59,037 nucleotides of DNA from Neoconidiobolus thromboides FSU 785 (Eukaryota > Fungi > Entomophthoromycota), in NCBI GenBank assembly GCA_025603075.1, contig MU626387.1, positions 1-59,037 on the forward strand, read 5' to 3'. How positions within the stretch are numbered: position 1 is the first letter of the stretch; each line of letters begins with the position of its first letter. The notes below the pieces were generated by a model. The model ran no database searches and was not told the origin of the DNA. It saw only the letters and a list, made by a program, of their open reading frames with translations. Position numbers and translations under genes: made by a program. Positions 48,678 through 59,037 of the stretch are shown here, one piece after another.

Positions 48678-50207
48678 TTAATTCTGTGTGATTAATGCTG
48701 GACTACGATTAGGAATTATATGCCTTGAAATAAAATGGACTAGGGAAGCGGATAGAGTAATAGGAAGTATAAACAATTTAAGGGTAAATGAAGGTAGAGC
48801 AGTGATTCTAATCGGAAGCTCCGGTAGCAGCGGCCCATCCTTTTGAAATAACCAAGAAGCTACCTCAATACCATTATTATCATTAGAATTTTCATGATCA
48901 AAATCTTCCAAATTAAGCTCTGTTTGAAGTTGTTGAATTTGTCTTTGAATAACAGTAATACTTTGTTCAAATCTTTTAATTTCTAATTTTTCTTTTTGAT
49001 ATTGACGCATAACTAATTGAGATAACTGATTTAAAGGTGGCTCAAATTGATTTTTAACTTTCGAGATATCTTGTTTTGTTGCAAAAGCTTGACGTAATTG
49101 ATCCATTTGATTTTCAAGCCCTTGTAATCGAAATTGCATACTTTGTAAAGCAGCTGTTTGATGACTGACCACTTGCTGTAATTCATTAGCACTATTGGTT
49201 AACAATTGGCCCAAATGAACCATTGGTCTTACTTCAGCAGCTAATATGAATAGTAGTAAATTAAAATCCGATACAAAAGTATCCAAATTAGTTAATTGGG
49301 AACGAGCTATTAAAAATATATAACCTCCAAGGATAGGGCTGATTATTACCATTAAAAAGCTTATTTTTTCATACCACCATAATCGATATTGAGCTTGGTA
49401 ACGTAATGCTTCACTGCTGGCATCCGCTGGTAAGTTTTCATTTTGATTATACATTGTTAAATCAATTGGATTTATAAATCTTTTCTTGCGTGCAGCTAAA
49501 TAAAAATCCCAAGGTAGTTGAATCAGATTGTATAAATAAAATATAACTAAAATTAACAAAAACAAATCACTCCATAAATCTTCCATACCCAGAAAGAAAG
49601 CTAATAATGGGGGTAATAGTGCGAGTAAAATAGGTAAAATAGCTAATGAACTACTATTTTTTACTGGAAGTAAATCAATGCTTTCATTGTTTTTTATAGG
49701 GTTTGTTTTGCTTGTTGTTTCTGTTCGATTTGTTGATGGTATATTATTATTTTCTAAATTATCCATTGATGTAGTTGGTATCCTAATCGTATTGAATGGT
49801 GAATATTGACTTGGTTGAGAATGGGTACGAATCATCATAGGCGATAATAATTGATTATTTAATATTGGGGAAGAGGGCTGAGATAAAGATAGAGAAATTT
49901 TAATAGCCGGTGTTAATAAAGGCGATAGTAAATTACTAGTTGATTTGGATGAAGTTGAATTTGGTACGATTTTTATATTGTTTGGTATTGTTTTAAATCG
50001 CTTATTTACTGGTTTAAAAGCTGTATTTGGTTTGGAATTGTCTTTGGTTAATACGGTGATTGTATAAGTTATATAGAAAAATAAAATAAATGATAGACGG
50101 GCAGTAATAGTAACTAAATTGGAATTGACAAGTCCTGATGCTAAAATAAGTATGATAAGAAAAGAAACTAATTTGATTAATCTCCTCAAGAATTGCCGAG
50201 AACTCAC
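48678..50207 (-). CDS. Conserved-looking fungal multi-pass membrane protein of unknown function with C-terminal coiled coil; 5' end uncertain
   Basis: 509-aa ORF with several hydrophobic segments and motifs PWDFYLAAR, PILGGY, SDFNLLLFILAAEVRP. The track start is GTG, so an upstream exon is likely. Confidence 0.8.
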   Translation of the reverse strand: MSSRQFLRRLIKLVSFLIILILASGLVNSNLVTITARLSFILFFYITYTITVLTKDNSKPNTAFKPVNKRFKTIPNNIKIVPNSTSSKSTSNLLSPLLTPAIKISLSLSQPSSPILNNQLLSPMMIRTHSQPSQYSPFNTIRIPTTSMDNLENNNIPSTNRTETTSKTNPIKNNESIDLLPVKNSSSLAILPILLALLPPLLAFFLGMEDLWSDLFLLILVIFYLYNLIQLPWDFYLAARKKRFINPIDLTMYNQNENLPADASSEALRYQAQYRLWWYEKISFLMVIISPILGGYIFLIARSQLTNLDTFVSDFNLLLFILAAEVRPMVHLGQLLTNSANELQQVVSHQTAALQSMQFRLQGLENQMDQLRQAFATKQDISKVKNQFEPPLNQLSQLVMRQYQKEKLEIKRFEQSITVIQRQIQQLQTELNLEDFDHENSNDNNGIEVASWLFQKDGPLLPELPIRITALPSFTLKLFILPITLSASLVHFISRHIIPNRSPALITQN

Positions 50208-50863
50208 GATCTCTTTTGGAGTTACAATTGTATTATAATGACCTATTTTGAAAGATGAATTAATAAATAAAAATATTACTTAATAACTACTAGATATTAA
50301 ATCTTAATAAAATATAAATTTATTACTTTTACAATAGATTGGAGTAGTAGTAAAACACTTAAAAAAACAAAAATTTTATTTCACTTAATTTGTATAATTT
50401 TTATTTCCAGTTTTAAAAACAAATATGCTAATAAACAACTTGATAAATTTAATGCTTGAAAAATAAATGCTAACTATTAAAATAACCCTGAATTTGATTA
50501 TTGATAGGAATTAATGACCTTCATATTTGGTTTCAAAATTTAAAATTTAATTGCCCACGTACGCGTACTCTTATTAAGTTGGGCAATTTTTTTGTAAATG
50601 AGTTATAAATTTCTTTTACTTTACTCATTTTAGAAAATTGAAGGGATAGAGTATAAGTTAATATTAAATTTTACAGTTACCCTTGCAGTATTTTACAAAC
50701 ATTTTGTAAACATGTAAAGTATAATGAATATGAAGTAAACAATAAAAGCGATAATATTATAAAATTTACATCTTCATTTATTTACTAAAATAAAAATAAT
50801 AAAAAGTATGCTAAATGCTATACTAGTGATAGAGAATAGAAAAAAGAAACAGATCCTATTTAA

Positions 50864-51532
50864 TTACGCATGTTCTTCATTTAAAAACTTACGTTCAATT
50901 TCTTGCTGATCTGGTCGACTTGAGATCTTCTTATCCAATTGATTTTCTAATTGATGACGCTCCAACTCCATTTTTTTACTCAGTAAAGAAGGATCAATAT
51001 TACTTTCTAAAAAAATCAACAATCAATGATTTAAATTATGATCTTTTCATTACCTTTTAAAATATTATGATTAATAAGATCTTCTTTATCTGGTCTAGCG
51101 TGAATCTTGTGCTCCAATTTATCTACTAACCGATGTTTTTCTAACTCCTTTTGAGCACCTTGTAAACTAGGTGCTGCAGTAGTGTCCTTTAAAATATTAT
51201 GATTGATAAGATCTTCCTTGTCAGGACGAGCATGGATCTTATGTTCTAGTTTATCCGCCAATTGGTGTTTAGCTAATTCATGTTTAGCTGCTTGTAAACT
51301 AGGGGCTAAGCTAGAGTCTATTCGATAAGTTGGCGTTAGTTTAAAGATAATTTATTAATTAAGATTCTTAATTCACCTTTTAAAATGTTTTTATCAACTA
51401 ATTCCTCCGGTTTTGGACGGTTATTAATTAAATGATTAAGCTTTTCACTTGGTACGACGTTACTTGAGTCTAAGGATTCTAAGTTATTAAACAATAATTC
51501 TGTGCTTATTAGTTATTGAATTTACCTGGCAT
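50864..51532 (-). CDS. RPEL-repeat protein (4 RPEL-like repeats), multi-exon
   Basis: RPKPEELVDKNIL, RPDKEDLINHNIL (twice, 132-bp period), RPDQQEI; ATG 51532, stop 50864-50866. Confidence 0.85.
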
Positions 51533-51929
51533 TTTCTTATAAAAAAAGAGTGACTGTTGACTTTGGGAACTTTTTAACACTTTTGAAAGTTTATTGACGT
51601 CATTTTGATCCTTTTTATTCCTTATAACCAAGAAATTATGCCAATTTTATTTGATTATGTTAAATTGATCATATGAATATGAATATAAACTCATAATATG
51701 TAAGAAACTAAACTATGACAAAAAAAGAGTTAATATAAAATTAATAATACATAATACATTAAAATCGTAATTGTATAAAAAATAAATCTTTATTCTACTA
51801 ATAAGACTTAAACATAAAATAATTTACAAAACACCCATAAAAAAGTTAAAGCTATATTGTAAATAATTATAGAATTTAATCAAAAAAAAATAAAAATAGT
51901 CTATCAACATCTATACGAACATAATCCAT

Positions 51930-53027
51930 TTAAAATTTAGGTCTACGTTTTCTACCTGTATATTTAGAGTCTTTAGCCACCTTGACCCCTTTAGCTCTTG
52001 CTGATTCTTTCTTTTTCATAATCCAATCTTTCCCTTTAATTTTAGCTTCAAGTTTACTCTTTCTATGATTCTTAATTCTAAATAAAAAAACATTTAGCAC
52101 TATAAAATTATTAAATTACACTATTTCTTTACCTTTTCTTAGAATATCCAACCTCTAATTCGCCTTGTTCCATACCTTTGGCTTGAGGTAAAGGATCATT
52201 CGATTGTCCTGCAAATAAACAAAGATAATGTTTTCTAGCTTTTCTACTATTGGGGTAATCAATAACTAAACCACCAGTGAAACCGCACTTCATTGCTGCA
52301 CTCATTATCATCTGTAATTGTTCATCATTTTCAGGATAAAACTGAAAAACTGCTCTGGCCCCTTTTTTTAAACACATAAATAAAGTAGTAAAAAAATGGT
52401 TTAGTCGTTTCCATGGGACATGACTGTTTTTATCCGCATTACATAGCCATTGAAGTACTGAAATACTTAGGGGGAGGTCATTATTAAATTTCTATTTAGA
52501 TAAATAAAGATATTCTTTACCTAATAGCGCCATCAAAAGTACCAGGTCTAAAACTTAAACCCTGTCCAGCATCTTGCAAAAATAAATCACCTTCCACTTC
52601 ACGCTCTACAGCAACGTCTATTTTTTTGAATTAGTTTCAAATAGTCGAGATAGAAAATCAATGCTTACTTAACATAGAAGGCGAGATATCAAAGCCAACC
52701 CAAAAATGACCTTCTTCTTCTAAAATTTCACCCGATAAACCAGAACCACAACCAATATCAAGTAAATAACTAGGTTGTTCTTCGGGTAAGTTTAATAACT
52801 CTAAAGCTCGTAATGCCATCTCGGCTTGAATCTCAGCTATACGAGTGCTATTTTATGGGATTTATTATTAATTGTTTAATTAAAATTGAGGATCAATTAC
52901 TTTGCAGTGTATTTGCTGGCTTCTAACTCATTGTATACCTTTTTAATAGAGATTAGTTTCTTGAAGTTTAATAAGGGCTGGCTAGTCTTACATGTTCTGG
53001 TGGGCCTTGATGTTCCGGTCTACTCAT
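51930..53027 (-). CDS. BUD23: 18S rRNA guanine-N7 methyltransferase Bud23/WBSCR22, multi-exon
   Basis: [67 protein letters not shown] end. Confidence 0.97.
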
Positions 53028-53225
53028 TTTTATAAAAAAAAGTTAATGTTTTAGATATTTAGCTTTGGGAATAAATTCCAGATTATCGAGGGTGAAAATC
53101 TGTCCAATAAGATTGAAATTCGAAAATAAAGCCAATAAACCAAAGTTTAGTCAAAGAATGACAAAGTTGAATATTTTTATAATTTTTTATCATTGTAATA
53201 TAAAATAGTATAATAATATTAAAAA

Positions 53226-56200
53226 ATGATAGCTAAAAATAGTCTATTGTTTTTATTTTTGATACTTTTGTTAAACCAAACGGTGACATCTATCTATTCT
53301 GATCAAGCTGGTGTTAAGGATTGGTAAGTCAAAATCTTATTTATAATGTATGTTGGAATTTAATAAATTATGTTAGGCAGATTAAGACGGTAGGTGTACC
53401 AAAGCAAATGTTTAACTATCAAAATGACAAAATTATATTATCAGAAAAAAACATAATCGGTAGAGTAAATAATACAAATGGCGATTTGAGTAAGTTGTTA
53501 TATTATAGTTGTATAGATGTTGTAACTTAACTTTGTTATATTTAGTTTGGAGAAGAACAGATTTTCAATATGGAACAGTCAAAAATGTATTGATTGAAAA
53601 TGATAGTAGGTTTTTTCTACTCTAATATCAGTCATTAATTTTATTTATTTTTTAGTTCTATGTATTCAAAATGAAGAAAATAATAGAGAGTATATTGTAT
53701 TAGTAAACTTAGATAGCGGAGATATTTTATTTAATTATAAAATTCCATTTAATAATAATGTCAATGATATTACTATACATATCGATGACGAGGTTATGCT
53801 GTTATTGATTAACAATAGGTTTTTATTTAATGTTAAAATTGGGTTTCATAAATTGAATTGGAAGTTTAATATTGAAGACAATGAAAGGTAAATATCTTTT
53901 TTATTATGTTATATCAAATATGCTAATGTTATTACAACAACTGAAGTAAACTATTGGATATGATTAAACATAATGATATAATTTATCTAGTATCTCAATC
54001 AAACGAACAAATCGATTATTTAAAATTGAATAAGGATGATGGAAAAGTAATTAGCAATGAAATCATTATAAAGCAACAAGGCTCAGAGAACATAAAATAC
54101 AAGTTGAGTAGCATTAATAATTCCATTTATTTTATTTGGAACAATAAAGAGGAAATTAACGTTCAGCTGTTAAATCAAAATCAATTATTAAACACGATTA
54201 ATATTGACAATGATGTTATAGCCAATAATATTTTTGTTGAAAATGATCAAATTTACGTGCTATTTAACGAAAATACAATTATCTATCATTTAAATATTAA
54301 TAGTGAAACTAAGTTGAACTTAATTAATAAATTTGAGCTCAATAATAATAATAAGGATAGTCAAGTAATTTATTTTAACAATAGTGTCAGCTTAGTTTCT
54401 TTTGATAAAGAAAGTATCTATTTAAGCAAAGCAAAAGATGTCGTCAAAATAGCAATCGATGAAATAAGTAAATATGAAGAATTCGGAAGGTTAATTAGTT
54501 TATATGCTTACAATAGTAACAATGATGTTGAATTAGTATTAGTTAGAGAAGATGGAAGTATTAATAGTGTTATTTATAAGAATGATAAATTATACACTCA
54601 ATGGAACCGCAATGAAGGATTAAGTTATATTAAATCTAGCAAAATATTAAGTTTACCAGAGAAACATTTATTTACGATTGAAGATGGTAATGAATTAAGT
54701 CATAACAAAATAATGAATAGTGATAACAATAATGTTATTATCAATTTTATAAACAGATGGTATGTTACTGTAATGAATATAATAACTTATTTTAGTAATA
54801 ACAATAACAATAACAATGATAAGAAAGATGTGATTGTTATGGATAAACTAGGAATCAATAAATTAATTATTACAGTGAACGAGTTTAATAAGATGTACGC
54901 AATCGAAAGTAAAAATGGACAAATTAAATGGACTAAATTTATTCGTAATCAAAGTATTGTTAAATTGTATATATTGAGAGAATCCAGTATTAAATTACCA
55001 CCCATCATTGGCATTGTTGCAGAGCATATTAAAGATGGTAATAGAATATTAACACTATATCGTATCAATGGATTTACTGGAAGTATTATTAATAATGAAG
55101 TTATTTTTAATGAAAAAGATAATGTTGAATTTGAGTTGAATTTATTGCCCGCTATGGAACCAACACATTTATGCAATTATCTCAGTATTGTTAATATTAA
55201 TAGCAATAATATTAGGTTAATACCTAACAATAATGATAATGACATAAGTGACATTTATTATTCATATTATCATAACAAGAATTCAGTATCAGGGTATTCA
55301 ATTGATTATAGTAACAACAAAAAGATAGAAAAGAATTATAAATTAGAATTTAAAGACCAAGTTATTGTACAAGTATTGCACAATGAATTAAGTATTAATA
55401 AAATGAGTTCAATGGGTAGAATCTTAAGTGATCGTCGAGTAATGTATAAGTATTTAAATAACAATTTATTAATCATTATTACTAAAAACATCAATAAAGA
55501 CAATAATAGTTTTATTTATTTGATTGATTCAATTACAGGAAAACAATTATATCAAGTAGAGCATAAAAATGTTTATAATAATCAAATCCAATTATTACTA
55601 TTTGAAAACCAATTTGTTTATCATTATTTTAATATAGAAAATAAAAATTTTAATTTTAATGTGATTGAATTGTTTACGTCTCATTTACCCGATGTTAAAC
55701 ATGTAAAGTAAGTTTTATACTATTTCATTATATTGCGCTATTTACATTATATTTTATATATTTCAGTAATGATACTATCTCATCATTTGATATAAATTCA
55801 CCTTATGTTGCTTCTAATTCTTACGTTTTCCCACATAATATTACCTCTTTATCTATCACTAATACATTGAATGGTATAACAGATAAAGAATTGATAGGTA
55901 AGTTATACTTTATATATACTCAAATGTATTTATTTATTTATTTATATTAGCTTCAATCGAACCTAATAATCATATAGTTTCAATCTCATTGGATGAATTA
56001 AATGCACTTCGAGTAATTAAAAAGGAAGAGAATCAATTTAATACAATGCTATACCAACCCATCATAAGAATGAACGAAAAGAAAGTGATATCTTATGGCT
56101 TAGATGTAATACTATATATTATGATATTATATATTTTATATTTATATAAAAATAATTTATTAGATATCAGGTATTAAAAAGACGCTCTCAGTAGCAAGTA

Positions 56201-56450
56201 ATTTCGAATCGACCACTTTGTTGTTTTCTTATGGTCTAGATCTCTTTTTTTCAGCTTATTCACCTAATATGCAATTTGATTTACTTAAGGAGGATTTTTC
56301 AAAAGTTAGCTTGTTAGCTACAATTCTTTTGCTTTCAGTAGCTATCTTTTTTACTTCCCCTATGGTAAGTGCTTTTGATAAAAATCTTGAACGTTTTATT
56401 AATCTTATTGTTAGGTACGCAATAAAAAACTGAATGATGTTTGGTATTAG
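53226..56450 (+). CDS. EMC1: ER membrane protein complex subunit 1, multi-exon
   Basis: Signal peptide then DQAGVKDW; WNRNEGLS; GRILSDRRVMYKYLN; STTLLFSYGLDLFFS..FDLLKEDF plus C-terminal TM and KKLNDVWY. Confidence 0.93.
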
Positions 56451-56525
56451 GAGAGCCATTGAAAAAGAATAAATATTTTTTAAAATTATTTTTCAACTTG
56501 AAATGATCATTTAATTTGTTTATTG

Positions 56526-56700
56526 TTTTGGGCTAGAAGTTGCTGTTTTTTAATCGTTATTTTGGGATAAAACAAGTGTTATATTTATTTTTTGTTTTGG
56601 AGTGAAAATCGTGGTGCTTTGCTAATTTAGAATAATTTGTTTTGGGCTAAAAACCATAGTTTATTTTTAACTTTTAATACATTATTTTGGGCTAAAAATG
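56526..56700. repeat. Spaced array of a TTTTGGGCTAAAA-like motif (5 copies)
   Basis: Copies at about 56526, 56560, 56595, 56640 and 56685. Confidence 0.55.
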
Positions 56701-57184
56701 GTAATTCTTTGAGTTTGCTCTTTATTTCGGATGCAAAAAATAGCTTTCATAAACCCCAAAAGAACAGAACTTGAGCTAAAAGTTATCACTCTATTCAGGA
56801 ATAATTTCCCAAAAGTATGGTAAATGGATCCATTATCTAAAAATCGTTCGGTCTTATCAGTATATTTCAGTAAAAGAGTAACCGATAATAGCAAACCAAT
56901 CGGTTTAATTTAAATCAGATATGTAAGAATTTTATTGGCAATATAAAGCTTGGGAAATTATAAATCACAAGTTCAGGGATGCATAAAAACTCACTCTAGC
57001 TAACCAAGCGTGAGAAAAAAGACAAACAGGGGATTTTAGTTTGCTTTAAGAAAGAAAGTTTCACAAAAAGTATAAATACTCTCCATCTTCTTTCACTTGA
57101 ATTTTATTTTTACAAAAAAGAAAGAAATTAAGCTTTAATTTATTCCGTTACAATTGTTGTTATTATTACAAAAACAAATAAAAA

Positions 57185-57421
57185 ATGATGTCCACTGCCA
57201 CTACTACCAATCCATTCCCACTATCGCTATATGATACTGAAGCTACCTCTTCAAGTCATTTAAACCTACAAGAGCTCGCTAGTCTTCATATGGAAAGAGG
57301 TGCTGAATTAAAAGCCGAAGAAAAGGAAGAGAAGATACCAGATGGTGAAGATGAAAAATTTAGCTGGACTGTTACTGATGCTTTCCTTGCTTTTGGTTTA
57401 GTCTATGCTTTGTTATTATAA
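57185..57421 (+). CDS. 78-aa putative tail-anchored microprotein
   Basis: GC-elevated ORF with AAAAATG context, acidic linker and terminal hydrophobic segment AFLAFGLVYALLL. Confidence 0.5.
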   Translation: MMSTATTTNPFPLSLYDTEATSSSHLNLQELASLHMERGAELKAEEKEEKIPDGEDEKFSWTVTDAFLAFGLVYALLL

Positions 57422-59037
57422 ACTATTAAGTTGTTGCTTTGAAAAGGATTTGTTCTATTATTTAAATAAAACTTTATATATTTTAGTTAATGATTTGACT
57501 TTACGGGCTTGTAAGACTTTTAGTTGAGTTAGAATATTAGAGGTGGACTATAGAGCTAGGGCTACTAAACTGATGTTCTTAGCTTGAAGTAATTTTACTG
57601 ATGTCATATTGTGCTTTAGTATAAATAAGGATTTGACTATGTTGTATAAATTCGTCATGATCAGTATTCTCTTATTTTATTCTAATACTACACAAATATT
57701 TTACAAATACAACTGCTTATTGTAAATCAACAAAAGTAAGTATATAGGTAAAATCAATAAATACTTTAATAACAAAATTTATCGAATTTGTATTTGACAA
57801 ATCATAAGTTATATTATGTTGTACATACATTCCCTTAAATTGATTTACTTCATTGTTATCAAAAATCACTTCAATAAATTGATAACTATATAGTATGCTT
57901 TGTTTAACTAATATTTTGATATCAAAAGTGCCCTAAATTGAATCATACCTTTGGTTTGATTTAATAGCTTATTAGACTCATCTTAACGGATTATATTTCA
58001 AATATATTAAGTAGGATTTAACATTGCTAAAGTACAACTGCCCACCAACTGAGTAACTATCAGCAAATATCTTATCACCCTTCAAACTATAGCTATCTAA
58101 TGGGAAGTTAATAAAAAACAATGCTTAAAATGTTCTTAATATGGGTAAGATGTAGAGTCTTATTATCTCTTTATTTTTGGATTAAACAATAATGAGTGAG
58201 CATAATCACCATATCATACCTTTGAGTTAGCTTTGACATCATAATTATATTTGATTCTATATATCCAGATACCTAGGCACCGTTTCGAGCGCATAAGAGT
58301 AAATGAAAGTAGGAACATAGTTTAAAGGAGTAATTAGATCAAACTGATTGCTTTGGTTTATGTCACTTCATTTATAATAATTTTTGTTTGCATCATAAAG
58401 TTTAATGTGAATGAAACATATAGCAAATTCATTTTAGGTGCGAAGAATCAAAACGATAAACAAAGGTATTGGCTAAATGTTAAAACCTTTGTAATTTTAC
58501 CTTCACATGGTTAATAAATCCCAATATAACAATATAATTTATCATAAGTCAAAAACTAGTTACAGCTTATATGGTTTTTTTACACTCTTGGAATATTGTT
58601 TTAAATTTTGGCTAGATTAAATGAGGATTTATCCCATTTTATATTGATTACCTTGCGTTTACAAGGTTAGTAAATAAATAACGTAATCCATGATTTTCTT
58701 GGCTTTTTGTGTTGATATTAAACATCAGGTATAAAAAATAAAATATACAATTGGTAGAAACCAGTTCGCATACCTTTTAAAAAAACAAAAAAAATGAAGT
58801 GGATAATACAGGTGTTTTTATAGTATTATAATATTATAAAAAACAAATGGAAGAAATTCAAAGTAATAAAATTCAATAACAAATATCCCTATTTTGTTAT
58901 ATTCAAATTTCATGTTAATTTTATTATAAAAAACTTAAGTATGTTAAAGTGTCAAATTTATTTTTTCAAACTTTTTTCAAATTTCATTCGACATTTTGAT
59001 GGCCTTAATATCTACATAATATGTGTAAAATATATAA

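Overview
Eukaryotic, very AT-rich, intron-rich fungal genomic DNA with short GT-AG introns (many about 40-55 nt). Composition and gene content point to an early-diverging fungus, possibly Entomophthorales such as Conidiobolus; this is inference, not proven. No prokaryotic features or CRISPR. Spliced genes rebuilt by hand: Pumilio/Puf3-type, UBA4/MOCS3, ORC4, white collar-1, kynureninase, NOP13-like, RluA-type pseudouridine synthase, PUF6, RPEL-repeat protein, BUD23, EMC1 and one tRNA-Arg(UCU). Most interesting: (1) three genes within about 15 kb resembling nuclear machinery best known from animals and lost in yeasts: INTS8 (Integrator-PP2A; strong), a mini SWAP/SFSWAP (DRY_EERY + SURP; good) and a highly diverged FANCA candidate (moderate). 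(2) A roughly 99-bp MITE family with 15 copies, GGGGATGT..ACATCCCC TIRs and 4-bp mostly AWWT target duplications (Sola-like), including a self-nested copy and an empty-site proof. (3) Two decayed paralogs of a spliced multi-zinc-knuckle gene. (4) A small secreted 8-Cys effector or toxin candidate. All homology calls rest on motifs recalled from memory; no database search was run.
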